DNA from: Acidobacteriota bacterium
Lineage (GTDB): Bacteria > Acidobacteriota > UBA890 > WLXD01
Length of the DNA stretch: 64,000 bases
NCBI GenBank assembly: GCA_963666215.2
Contig: CAXWPL010000002.1
Location: forward strand, 512,001-576,000
Direction of reading: 5' to 3'
Part shown: one piece after another, positions 10,514 through 21,636 of the stretch
Layout of the letters: each line of letters starts with the position of its first letter
Numbering within the stretch: the first letter of the stretch is position 1
Translations under genes and position numbers: made by a program
Notes under the pieces: generated by a model
What the model was told of the DNA's origin: nothing
What the model saw: the letters and a program-made list of their open reading frames with translations, nothing else
The model's database searches: none

Positions 10514-10747
10514 ATGAGCGTTGAAGACAAAGTCAAAAGCATCATCGTCGAGCAGTTGGGAGTCGAGGCCGATGAGGTCACCATCGAGGCGTCGTTCGTC
10601 GAGGATCTGGGCGCCGATTCCCTCGATACCGTTGAGCTCGTGATGGCGTTCGAGGAGGAGTTCGACCTCGAGATTCCAGACGAGGACGCCGAGAAGATCG
10701 CCACGGTCAAGAACGCGGTCGAGTACATCAACGCCCACCAGAGCTGA
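10514..10747 (+). CDS. acpP: Acyl carrier protein
   Basis: [14 protein letters not shown]; RBS AAGGAG. Confidence 0.98.
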   Translation: MSVEDKVKSIIVEQLGVEADEVTIEASFVEDLGADSLDTVELVMAFEEEFDLEIPDEDAEKIATVKNAVEYINAHQS

Positions 10748-10768
10748 TCGACTCCGGTCGCTCGAGCA

Positions 10769-12250
<1,482 letters not shown>

Positions 12251-12308
12251 CTAGAGTCACCTTTAGTCACCGTTAATCATCTCTGGCCTATCTTGTCTCC
12301 TCGTGGAC

Positions 12309-12317
12309 TGCTAGAGT
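12309..12317 (+). promoter_or_regulatory. Extended -10 promoter element (TG-C-TAGAGT), possible leaderless lolC transcript
   Basis: TGnTAnnnT ends 7 nt before ATG 12325; no Shine-Dalgarno visible. Confidence 0.4.
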
Positions 12318-12324
12318 CGGTCGG

Positions 12325-13605
12325 ATGAGCGATCATCCCGCCTCGTGGCTGACGAGCCGCTACCAGCTGTTTGTCGCGTTTCGCTACCTGAAAGCCCGGC
12401 GAAAGCAGGCCTTCACCTCGGTAGTTTCGACCGTCTCGGTGCTCGGCGTGGTTGTCGGCGTCGCCGCGTTGATCATCGCTCTAGCTCTACTGACCGGCTT
12501 CCAGGGCGACATCCAGAACAAGATCATGGGCGCCAACGCCCACATCTTCGTGCAGGAGTTCGGCAACGACACCTTTGCCGGCTACGACGAGGTTGTACGG
12601 CTAGCCAGCAACGTGCCGGGTGTAGTGGCGGCCGCTCCCACGGTCCTGTTGCAAGGGCTCCTGCAGGGCAATCTCGAGCAACCGGCCTTCGTGCAGCTCA
12701 AGGGAATCGATCCGCGTGGCGAGGCCAAGACGACCGAGCTGCTCGATCGCATCGTCGAGGGGAGTCCGGAGCGTCTCCTGCGTCCCTACGGGTCGCCCGG
12801 CTCGCTGCCGGGAATCGTGCTGGGGCGCGACCTGGCCGACGAGCTCGCGTTCGCGAGTGTTGGCGACATCGTCGAGCTCATCGTGCCGTCGGCGCAGTCG
12901 ATGAACCCGTGGGGCGGCGGCGACGTTCGCACTCCCGATTTCGAAGTCGTCGGCATCTTCGATATCGGCATGTACGAGTACGACCGGACGTGGGCGCTGA
13001 TATCACTCGAGGCAGCTCAGAGTCTTCTGGAAGTCGGCGAGCGTGCGACGTTCGTGCAGCTCAAGGTCGACGACATCTTTGCCACGGATGCCATCGTCGA
13101 GCAGCTCGAGGAAGCGCTGGGCGACGGCTACTACGTGATGGACTGGAAGCGCATGAACCGCAGCTACTTCGCGGCGCTGCAGCTCGAGAAACTGGCGCTT
13201 TTCGTGACCATCAGCCTCATCGTGATGGTGGCGGCGCTCAACATCGTGGCGACGCTGGTCTTGATGATCAAGGACAAGCAGCGCGACATCGGCATCCTGA
13301 TGTCGCTCGGGGCCACCCGACGCGACGTCCTGTGGATCTTCCTCACGCAGGGCCTGGCAATCGGGCTGCTGGGCACGCTGCTGGGCTGCGTGCTCGGCGT
13401 CGCCATGTCGTGGCTCCTCGACACCTACGAGGTCGTCACGCTGCAGGCGGAGATCTACTACCTGTCCTATGTCCCGTTCGATGTCCGCGCCTGGGATTTT
13501 GCGCGCGTTTGCGCCTTCTCGGTTCTGGTGGCGTTCGCCGCCACCCTGTATCCCGCCTGGCGGGCCAGCCGGCTCGATCCGGTCGTCTCGCTACGCTACG
13601 AGTAG
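12325..13605 (+). CDS. lolC: Lipoprotein-releasing ABC transporter permease LolC/E family
   Basis: RYLKARRKQAF, 4-TM MacB/FtsX layout, DIGILMSLGA, YPAWRASRLDP; precedes lolD. Confidence 0.92.
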   Translation: MSDHPASWLTSRYQLFVAFRYLKARRKQAFTSVVSTVSVLGVVVGVAALIIALALLTGFQGDIQNKIMGANAHIFVQEFGNDTFAGYDEVVRLASNVPGVVAAAPTVLLQGLLQGNLEQPAFVQLKGIDPRGEAKTTELLDRIVEGSPERLLRPYGSPGSLPGIVLGRDLADELAFASVGDIVELIVPSAQSMNPWGGGDVRTPDFEVVGIFDIGMYEYDRTWALISLEAAQSLLEVGERATFVQLKVDDIFATDAIVEQLEEALGDGYYVMDWKRMNRSYFAALQLEKLALFVTISLIVMVAALNIVATLVLMIKDKQRDIGILMSLGATRRDVLWIFLTQGLAIGLLGTLLGCVLGVAMSWLLDTYEVVTLQAEIYYLSYVPFDVRAWDFARVCAFSVLVAFAATLYPAWRASRLDPVVSLRYE

Positions 13606-13646
13606 CTCGCCGAGCCGCTGACATGAACAGTGTCGGAGAGATCCGC

Positions 13647-14396
13647 ATGACGGCGACAGAGCCGCCCGCACCCAGCGATACGAACGCTGCTGACGCCGTT
13701 ACCGTGCCCACCGCGGACGTGTTGATCGATGCTCGCGCGGTTGCCAAGACCTACCCGTCCGGGCTCGGCGAGCTGCGTGTGCTCGAGGGCTGCGACCTAC
13801 GGGTGGGCGAGGGCGAACGGGTAGCGATTGTCGGCCCCAGCGGCGTTGGCAAGACCACGTTGTTGCATTTACTTGCCGGGTTCGATCGACCCGACGCGGG
13901 TGAGATCCGCTTCCGCGGTCAAGATCTCGCCACGCTTCCGGAACATGATCTCGCCGCCTTTCGCAATCGCGAGATCGGCATGGTGTTCCAGTTCTACCAT
14001 CTGCTCGCAGAGTTCACGGCGTTGGAGAACGTGATGATGCCGCTGCTGATTGCCGGCAAGAGCGGTGCCCACGAGCGCGCGGCGGAATTGCTGGCTGAAA
14101 CAGGGCTGGAGGGTAGGGGGCACCACTTTCCAGCGGAGCTTTCTGGAGGCGAGCGGCAGCGGGTGGCCATTGCGCGGGCGCTCGCGCGGCGGCCGAGCCT
14201 GATCGTGGCCGATGAGCCCACCGGTGATCTCGATCAGGAAACAGGTGGGCGCGTGATGGACATGTTCCTGCGCGTGCACGAGGCGCATCGAACAGCCCTC
14301 GTGATGGTGACGCACAATCTGGAGCTCACCCGGCCGTTCGATCGCGTTCTCGAGATGCAGCCGCGAGGTCATCTGATCGAGGTGTCGTCGTCATGA
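13647..14396 (+). CDS. lolD: Lipoprotein-releasing ABC transporter ATPase
   Basis: GPSGVGKTT, VFQFYHLL, LSGGERQRVAIARA, ADEPTG; RBS GGAGAG. Confidence 0.92.
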   Translation: MTATEPPAPSDTNAADAVTVPTADVLIDARAVAKTYPSGLGELRVLEGCDLRVGEGERVAIVGPSGVGKTTLLHLLAGFDRPDAGEIRFRGQDLATLPEHDLAAFRNREIGMVFQFYHLLAEFTALENVMMPLLIAGKSGAHERAAELLAETGLEGRGHHFPAELSGGERQRVAIARALARRPSLIVADEPTGDLDQETGGRVMDMFLRVHEAHRTALVMVTHNLELTRPFDRVLEMQPRGHLIEVSSS

Positions 14397-14504
14397 TGGG
14401 GATCGATGTGGGACGGAATCGGGCCCGGGGGAACCGAGCCCTGTCGCGCGGCACCAGTCGACGTGGTGGTGGGAAAACGACAGACACCCCGGGACAGGTT
14501 CGTC

Positions 14505-14534
14505 TTGTTCGCTCGGAAGAGCCGCCTGTATACT
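14505..14534 (+). promoter_or_regulatory. Putative sigma70 promoter for clpC
   Basis: TTGTTC-18 nt-TATACT. Confidence 0.4.
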
Positions 14535-14671
14535 CAGACGACTGCGGCGCCGCATGGCACCGCGAGCTTTATGCAGCGTGCTCGGTGGTGCTCGGCGATC
14601 CGGTGGAGCTTCCTGGCTCTTTGAATCGTCTGTTGGCCTCCCCCGTAGCACCTGGAGCCGGGGTCTAGACG

Positions 14672-17119
14672 ATGTTCGAGCGTTATACAGAAAGAGCTCG
14701 ACGAGTCATTTTTTTCGCGCGCTACGAGGCCAGCCAGCTCGGCTCGAGAACGATCGAGACCGAGCACCTGCTGCTCGGGCTCATTCGCGAGAACAACGGC
14801 CTTACCGGCAAGCTGTTGGTGCGCGCCAGCATCGAATCCGACTCGATTCGCGGCGAGATTCAGACACGCACCGAGGTACGCGAGAAGATCTCGACCTCCG
14901 TGGAGATTCCGCTTTCGGTGGAGTCGAAGCGTGTGCTCGCGTACGCCGCCGAAGAGGCGGAGAAGATGCTGCACAAGTACATCGGCACCGAGCACATCCT
15001 GCTCGGGCTGTTGCGCGAGAAGAAGTCACTGGCCTCGCGAATTCTGGTGGAGCGTGGCATGCGGCTGTCGACCGCGCGCGAGGACCTACTCTTCCTGCTG
15101 AAGGAGAAGAACCTCAGCGAGAAGAAGAAGGAGACTCCCTTCCTTTCGGAGTTCTCGCGCGATCTGACCGAGATGGCCGCCAAGGGCCGACTTGATCCGC
15201 TGATTGGTCGCGAGGCCGAGCTTGGACGCACGGTGCAGATCCTTTGCCGCCGCACCAAGAACAACGCCGTGCTGATCGGCGAGCCCGGCGTTGGCAAGAC
15301 GGCGCTGGTCGAGGGCCTGGCCCAGCGAATTGTCAGCGGCGAGGTGCCGAGATTCCTCGCCGACAAGCGGATCCTCGAGCTCGACATCTCTTCGGTGGTA
15401 GCCGGTACGAAGTATCGCGGTCAGTTCGAAGAGCGGCTCAAGACCATCATGAAGGAACTCGTCGAGAACTCCGAGATCGTCATCTTCATCGACGAGCTGC
15501 ACACACTTGTGGGCGCCGGCTCGGCGGAGGGTTCGCTCGACGCCGCTGGGATCCTGAAGCCGGCGTTGGCACGCGGCGAGATCCAGTGCATTGGCTCGAC
15601 CACGCCACGCGAATACCGACGACACATCGAAAAAGACCGAGCGCTGGCGCGCCGCTTCCAGGAAATCAACCTCGATCAGCCCACCGAGGAGGAAACGATC
15701 CTCATCGTGGAGGGCATTCGCGATCGCTACGAGAAATACCACGGTGTGATGTACACCGACGAGGCTCTTCACGCCGCTGTCTACCAGAGCAATCGCTACA
15801 TCAACGACCGGTTCCTACCCGACAAGGCGATTGACGTCCTCGACGAGACTGGCGCGCGTGTGAAACTGGCGATGAACTCCGCGCCGCGTCGCCTCAAGGA
15901 CCTCGAGGAGCGTGCCCGGGAGCTCTCCGACAAGCTCAACGAAGCGATCGCCGGCGAAGAGTTCGAGCAGGCGGCGCGTTTTCGCGATGCGATGAAGCGA
16001 CATCGTGAGCAGGTCGAGCACCTGCGAGCGGACCTCGACGACGACGAGCTCGACGTACCTCCTCTCGAAGTTACCGCAGAGGATGTGGAGCAGGTCGTTT
16101 CCAACTGGACCGGAATCCCGATCAGCTCGATTCGGCAGGAAGAGGTCGACAAGCTGGTGCACATGGAGGATCACCTGCACCGACGCATCGTCGCTCAGGA
16201 CGAGGCCGTTGAAGTGGTCTCGCGCGCCATCCGGCGCTCACGCTCGGGCCTCAAGAATCCGCGTCGACCGGTTGGTTCCTTCCTTCTCCTGGGTCCCACA
16301 GGTGTCGGCAAGACGGAGGTGGCCCGCACGCTGGCCAGCTTCCTCTTCGGTGACGAGCGTTCGCTCGTTCGCTTCGACATGTCGGAATTCATGGAGAGGC
16401 ACTCGGTTTCGAAGCTGATCGGCTCGCCTCCCGGCTACGTTGGGCACGAGGAGGGCGGCCAGCTCACCGACCGCGTCAAGCGCAACCCGTACAGCATTGT
16501 GCTGCTGGACGAGATCGAGAAGGCCCACCCCTCGATCTTCAACATTCTGCTGCAGGTCTTTGAGGACGGGCAGCTCACCGACGGTCTGGGCAACACGATC
16601 GACTTCAAGAACTGCATCGTCATCATGACCTCGAACATCGGCGCGCGATTCATTCAGAAGCGTGGCGGCCTTGGCTTCCGCTCCAACGATCAGGCAGCCA
16701 CGTTCAAGGACATGCGCGACCGTGTTCTCGATGAGGTCAAGCGCACGTTCAACCCGGAGTTCCTCAACCGGCTCGACGAGCTGATCGTGTTCCATGAGCT
16801 TGAGGACGAGCACCTGGTTCAAATCATTCGCCTGATGATCGACGAGGTGAACGTCAACTTGGCCTCCAAGGACATCCACGTTGAGCTCACCGACGAGGCC
16901 TACACCTGGCTCATCGAGACTACGTGTGGCGACCGAAGCTACGGCGCGCGGCCGCTCCGACGCGCCATCCAGAAGCACATCGAGGACGCGCTCGCCGAAG
17001 AGCTGATTCGAGGTCGTTTCCGTGGTGGCGCCCGGGTGAAGGTCGCGGCAGGCGCGGTTGGCCTCGATCTCACGATCGAGAAGATCAGCAGCCCCGAGCC
17101 CGCTGCCGCCGTAACGTAG
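14672..17119 (+). CDS. clpC: ATP-dependent Clp protease ATP-binding subunit, ClpC-type
   Basis: Two Clp-N repeats, [11 protein letters not shown]-like middle ([11 protein letters not shown]), [12 protein letters not shown] ClpP-docking loop. Confidence 0.95.
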   Translation: MFERYTERARRVIFFARYEASQLGSRTIETEHLLLGLIRENNGLTGKLLVRASIESDSIRGEIQTRTEVREKISTSVEIPLSVESKRVLAYAAEEAEKMLHKYIGTEHILLGLLREKKSLASRILVERGMRLSTAREDLLFLLKEKNLSEKKKETPFLSEFSRDLTEMAAKGRLDPLIGREAELGRTVQILCRRTKNNAVLIGEPGVGKTALVEGLAQRIVSGEVPRFLADKRILELDISSVVAGTKYRGQFEERLKTIMKELVENSEIVIFIDELHTLVGAGSAEGSLDAAGILKPALARGEIQCIGSTTPREYRRHIEKDRALARRFQEINLDQPTEEETILIVEGIRDRYEKYHGVMYTDEALHAAVYQSNRYINDRFLPDKAIDVLDETGARVKLAMNSAPRRLKDLEERARELSDKLNEAIAGEEFEQAARFRDAMKRHREQVEHLRADLDDDELDVPPLEVTAEDVEQVVSNWTGIPISSIRQEEVDKLVHMEDHLHRRIVAQDEAVEVVSRAIRRSRSGLKNPRRPVGSFLLLGPTGVGKTEVARTLASFLFGDERSLVRFDMSEFMERHSVSKLIGSPPGYVGHEEGGQLTDRVKRNPYSIVLLDEIEKAHPSIFNILLQVFEDGQLTDGLGNTIDFKNCIVIMTSNIGARFIQKRGGLGFRSNDQAATFKDMRDRVLDEVKRTFNPEFLNRLDELIVFHELEDEHLVQIIRLMIDEVNVNLASKDIHVELTDEAYTWLIETTCGDRSYGARPLRRAIQKHIEDALAEELIRGRFRGGARVKVAAGAVGLDLTIEKISSPEPAAAVT

Positions 17120-17558
17120 CAAGCACCAGCGGTCGGTCGACGGGTCTGGAATCGAGCTTTCCTTTCGTGCGCGGTCGGCGCCCGAAGCTCGGGTCTTCGA
17201 CCCGCCCGTCGTGAGCAGCTGGATCGTGAGCGACTCAGGCGCTCGTCAACGAGGAGCAAGACCGAACGCAACGCTCTCGGTCCAGGCTGACGAGGCCAGC
17301 GTCGGAGAACGATAGATCGCGCTCGCAGCGCTTCCCCGCGGCCGCCGTTCTTTTGGGCCGACCAATTGAGCCCCGCTTGCGTCTCACGATTGAGGCCTGT
17401 GAGGAGGCTTTTCCTGCACGCGCCGGAGTGCTCGAGCGCCGCTCGGCGGACCGGCCGATACGCTAGACTCTAGCGATCCGCTATCATGCCTTGTCCTGCC
17501 TCCGTTTCGGGCTGGATCGGGTGACCAACGTCCCGAGATCGTCTCCGGGTAGAACTCG

Positions 17559-20024
17559 ATGTCCAGCCCCAGCAATCGAGCGCACACCCGCACGGCCCGG
17601 CTCGCGCTCGGGCTTGCGCTCACCGTGATGGCGTGCGCTGCCGCGACGCAGGTCCAGGCCCAGGATCTCGTAAATCGAGAGCCGCAAGGACGCACGGTGG
17701 AAGCGATCCGTGTAGACGGCCAGCACACCGTTGGTGAGGAAACCATCCTCTTCTACCTGGCCACGCGTGCCGGCCAGTCGTTCGACTGGACCATGGCGCG
17801 GCAGGACTACCAGACGCTGCTCAACACCAACTGGTTCAGCGATTTGATCCTGCGCTGGGAGGAGGGCACGCAGGGTGGCGTCGTGCTGGTGCTCGAGGTT
17901 GAAGAAAAGCCGCGCTTGAGACAAGTCCGCATCGTGGGTACCGGCAAGGTCGACGGTGACGATCTGGTCGAGCGAATGGAACAACTCGAGCGCCCGATTG
18001 CCGTTGACGACTTCATCGACGAGCAGCGTCTGCGCGAGGCCGACGAGATCTTGACTCTGATGCTACAGGGCGAGGGTGGCCTGCAATTTGTCCAGGTAAC
18101 GCGGGAGATCGTCGACTCGGAGCTTGGGGCCGGTGTCGACGCCGTGTTCAACGTCATCGAAGGCGACGAGGTCCGCATTTCCGAGGTCATGTTCGAGGGC
18201 GTTACGGTCTTCAGCCAGCGCGAGCTGCGCTGGGCGATGAAACGCACCAACGAGCACCACTTCTTGTCGTTCATAAACAAGTCGGATCGCTTCTCGATGG
18301 CGGGTTTCGAGGCCGACATGATCGGCATCTCCAATATGTATCGTCGTCAGGGCTTTCTCGATTTCAACTTCGGCGAGCCCGAGATTCGCGTTTTCGACGA
18401 CGACCGCGCGCTCTGGTGGGACGACAAGCAACGACTCTCGCTCATGATTCCGATCCATGAGGGGCCGCAGTACCGCATTGCCAAGCTGGACGTCGAGGGC
18501 AACACTCATTTCGAGGACGATGAGCTCCTGAAGGTGCTCGACCTCAAGCCCGGCGACGTGGTCAATGTCGACGAGATTCGGCTCGCTCAAACGGCCATCG
18601 AGGCCATGTACACCGCCGCTGGCTATTTGCAGGTGGCGACGGCACCGGCGCCGGAACAGTTTCCGGAAACCGCCGAGGCGAACCTTACTTTCCGGGTAAC
18701 GGAGAACGACATCTACAACGTCAACCGGATCGAGTTCGAGGGCAACACCCACACCCGCGAACATGTTCTGCGACGAGCGATCCATCTCAAAGAGGACTCG
18801 CGCTGGGAACAGCAGAGCTACGTCGCCAGCCTCCAGCGCCTCTACCAGCTCGGCTATTTCCAAGACGTAACCCCCGACCTCCAAACCGCCCCGCCGGGCC
18901 AGACCCCCGATGGCTCGCCGAGCACGAAACCGGATGAGGGCACCGTCGACGTGAAACTCCGGGTGCAGGAGCTCGGCCGCAATCAGATCCAATTTGGCGG
19001 TGGACTGTCTGCCCTCGAAGGCGCCTTCGTCCAGTTCGGCTACACGACGCGCAATCTGTTCGGCTACGGACAGACGCTGTCGCTGCAGGGGCAGTTCGGT
19101 GGCCGAAGGACCAACGCTCGTATCGGCTTCTCCGACCCCTACGTCTTCGGGAAGCGGCTACGGTTCGGACTCGACCTCTTCCGTGACGCGATCGACTTCC
19201 CGGACTTCCAGCGGTCGGGCACGGGTTTCTCGACCCGCCTCGGCATGCCGACGAATCGCCGAGAGAGCATCGCTCTGTTCGTCGAATACAACTACGAGAT
19301 CATCGACATCGGTAACGTTGGCAGCGCCTTCGGCAGTCTGTCGGATCCGCTCTTCAACGCCCTGTTTCTTTTCGAGGGGCGCCGGGTGACGAGCAGCGTG
19401 CGACCGTTCGCGCTGATCAACACCATCGACAACCCGTGGAACGCGTCACGCGGCACCCGAACGAGCGTGTCGTACGAGCGCGCCGGGGGCCCCTTCGGTG
19501 GCACCCTCGACTTCTGGAAAGCGATAGCCCGGACCACGGTGTACCTACCCACCCGCTCCGCGGGCTCGGGACTTATCCGCCAGCCCAAACAGATCTTGGC
19601 GATCAACATCGATGCTCGCTACGGGCAGCCAACGGGCGACCTGGAAGAGCTCCCCATCTTCGAGCGTTTCTTCCTTGGGGGCAGCAACTCGGTACGTGGC
19701 ACGCGGTTGCGTGCGATTGGCCCTATGGACGACCGCGGCAATATTCTCGGTGGTACCAAGGCGTTGCAGTACAACTTGGAGTACATCTTCCAGCTCTCCA
19801 GCGCGCTCCGCGTGTCGATGTTCCACGACGCCGGGCAGGCTTGGCTGGAGAACGAATCCATCAACTTTGGTGAGATGCGGCGCTCCGCGGGCGTTCAGGT
19901 GAGTATCTTCGCGCCCGTGTTCAACGTGCCGTTCCGCTTCTTCTGGGCGTACAACTTCGATCCTCTCGAGAACGTCGGAGAGGAGACGTCCACCTTCGAG
20001 TTCGCGATTGGGTCGACGTTCTGA
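17559..20024 (+). CDS. bamA: Outer membrane protein assembly factor BamA
   Basis: Signal peptide, five POTRA-like segments, barrel with ERFFLGG..SVRG, C-terminal Phe; upstream of lpxD. Confidence 0.93.
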   Translation: MSSPSNRAHTRTARLALGLALTVMACAAATQVQAQDLVNREPQGRTVEAIRVDGQHTVGEETILFYLATRAGQSFDWTMARQDYQTLLNTNWFSDLILRWEEGTQGGVVLVLEVEEKPRLRQVRIVGTGKVDGDDLVERMEQLERPIAVDDFIDEQRLREADEILTLMLQGEGGLQFVQVTREIVDSELGAGVDAVFNVIEGDEVRISEVMFEGVTVFSQRELRWAMKRTNEHHFLSFINKSDRFSMAGFEADMIGISNMYRRQGFLDFNFGEPEIRVFDDDRALWWDDKQRLSLMIPIHEGPQYRIAKLDVEGNTHFEDDELLKVLDLKPGDVVNVDEIRLAQTAIEAMYTAAGYLQVATAPAPEQFPETAEANLTFRVTENDIYNVNRIEFEGNTHTREHVLRRAIHLKEDSRWEQQSYVASLQRLYQLGYFQDVTPDLQTAPPGQTPDGSPSTKPDEGTVDVKLRVQELGRNQIQFGGGLSALEGAFVQFGYTTRNLFGYGQTLSLQGQFGGRRTNARIGFSDPYVFGKRLRFGLDLFRDAIDFPDFQRSGTGFSTRLGMPTNRRESIALFVEYNYEIIDIGNVGSAFGSLSDPLFNALFLFEGRRVTSSVRPFALINTIDNPWNASRGTRTSVSYERAGGPFGGTLDFWKAIARTTVYLPTRSAGSGLIRQPKQILAINIDARYGQPTGDLEELPIFERFFLGGSNSVRGTRLRAIGPMDDRGNILGGTKALQYNLEYIFQLSSALRVSMFHDAGQAWLENESINFGEMRRSAGVQVSIFAPVFNVPFRFFWAYNFDPLENVGEETSTFEFAIGSTF

Positions 20025-20037
20025 GGCTGAGCCGCTA

Positions 20038-21162
20038 GTGCTCGCCCTCGCGGAGCTGCTCGCGCTCGTCGATGGTCGGCTCGTTAGCGCTCGGGTCACG
20101 AGTCTCCTTAACGAGGCGGAGGCCTCTGGCGGTGCCGACAGTTCCGACGCGACGGTCGTCCGCGCAGTCGCCGAGCTCGAGAGAGCTGGTGCTGGCGACC
20201 TCGCCTTTTGTGTCGGCGGACGCTCGCTTCCGGCGAAGGCACTCGAGAGCTGCGCCGCCAGCGTCATTCTCGTCCCGCGCGGCGCCGCTGCGAAGCTATC
20301 GACGACGACCGGTAGCGCGGTCCTCATCGAGGTTCGTGATCCTCGACACGCGGCGACCTTGGTGCTCCAGCATCTCCACCCACGTCGCCCGGCCGCGTTG
20401 GGCATACATGCGACAGCCGTGCTTGGTGACGACGTCAAGATTGCCGACGGCGTCACCATCGGTCCCTACGCCGTGCTGGGTGATGGCGCCCAGGTGGGAG
20501 TCAACAGCGAGATCGGTGCCGGGTGCGTGCTCGAGGCCGATGTGGTGATCGGAAACGACTGCCTGGTGCATCCAAATGCAACGATCTATCGCGGCTGCCG
20601 ACTCGGCGATCGTGTAGAGGTGCACGCTGGAGTGGTGATCGGATCCGATGGCTTCGGTTATGTTCGCGAAGGCGCCACCCACATCAAGATGCCGCAGATT
20701 GGAACGGTTGTCATCGGCGATGACGTCGAGGTGGGCGCGAATTCGTGCGTCGATCGAGCGACGCTATCGGAGACCCGGATTGGCTCTCGCACCAAGATCG
20801 ACAACCTCGTGCAGGTCGGCCACAATTGCGACATCGGGGAGGATTGCGCGCTCGGCGGCCTCGTGGGGCTGTCGGGCGGCACGATTTTCGAAGATGGCGT
20901 AATCGCGGGCGGCAACGTTGGCACAGCGGGTCATCAACGGATCGGTAGGGGAGCCATGCTAGCCGCCAAGACCGGAGTGCTCGGGGACGTATCACCGGGG
21001 GCCGTTGTCTGCGGCACTCCACAAATGGAGATCGGCCTGTTCAAGCGAGTCGCCGGCGCTTGGCGCCGTTTGCCCGATCTGTTACGTCGGGTGCGCCGAC
21101 TCGAACAGAAGGTCGACGCCGAGCTCGCTCGTCGCGACACGTCCGGGAGAGCGGTCGAATGA
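20038..21162 (+). CDS. lpxD: UDP-3-O-acylglucosamine N-acyltransferase
   Basis: Hexapeptide repeats, IGSDGFGY, TKIDNLVQVGHN; start uncertain. Confidence 0.95.
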   Translation: MLALAELLALVDGRLVSARVTSLLNEAEASGGADSSDATVVRAVAELERAGAGDLAFCVGGRSLPAKALESCAASVILVPRGAAAKLSTTTGSAVLIEVRDPRHAATLVLQHLHPRRPAALGIHATAVLGDDVKIADGVTIGPYAVLGDGAQVGVNSEIGAGCVLEADVVIGNDCLVHPNATIYRGCRLGDRVEVHAGVVIGSDGFGYVREGATHIKMPQIGTVVIGDDVEVGANSCVDRATLSETRIGSRTKIDNLVQVGHNCDIGEDCALGGLVGLSGGTIFEDGVIAGGNVGTAGHQRIGRGAMLAAKTGVLGDVSPGAVVCGTPQMEIGLFKRVAGAWRRLPDLLRRVRRLEQKVDAELARRDTSGRAVE

Positions 21163-21614
21163 GCGTCGACATCGGACGTATTCTGCGGGCGCTGCCGCAC
21201 CGCTATCCGTTCCTGCTCGTCGACCGGATTCTCGAGGTTCAGGACAACAAACGCGTCGTGGGAATCAAGAACGTGACGATCAACGAGCCGTTCTTCCAGG
21301 GGCACTTCCCGGGGAACCCGGTCATGCCCGGGGTTTTGATCATCGAGTCGCTCGCCCAGGCAGGCGCCGTGCTGCTGCTCGCCGGGCGTGAGGAGGACAT
21401 GACCAATCGTTACGTCTATCTCGCCGGCGTCGACGATGTGCGCTTCCGCCGGCCGGTGGTGCCCGGTGACCAGCTACGACTCGAGCTCGACGTGCTCTCC
21501 CTGCGAAGCCGCGCTTGCAAGATGGTGGGCACGGCAACCGTTGACGGTGAGTTGGCGGCGCGTGCGACACTGCTGTCGATGATGGTCGACCTGGGCACGG
21601 ATGAGAGCTCCTGA
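21159..21614 (+). CDS. fabZ: 3-hydroxyacyl-ACP dehydratase
   Basis: LPHRYPFLLVDR, FFQGHFP, MPGVLIIE. Confidence 0.97.
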   Translation: MSVDIGRILRALPHRYPFLLVDRILEVQDNKRVVGIKNVTINEPFFQGHFPGNPVMPGVLIIESLAQAGAVLLLAGREEDMTNRYVYLAGVDDVRFRRPVVPGDQLRLELDVLSLRSRACKMVGTATVDGELAARATLLSMMVDLGTDESS

Positions 21615-21636
21615 GCGACACGAATCCGGGCGGCCG

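Noticed and set aside
12345-13622. 683-aa ORF suggesting a long N-terminal fusion on LolD
   Set aside because: The extension is an Arg-rich shadow frame over lolC; the real ATPase starts at 13623 or 13647
14555-14575. Sigma54 promoter (TGGCAC...TGCA)
   Set aside because: Spacing does not fit TGGCAC-N5-TTGC
17242-17294. SAH riboswitch (ACGAGGAGC...CCAGGCT)
   Set aside because: Lacks GAGCGYTGC and the matching P1 3' strand and pseudoknot; gene context is unrelated
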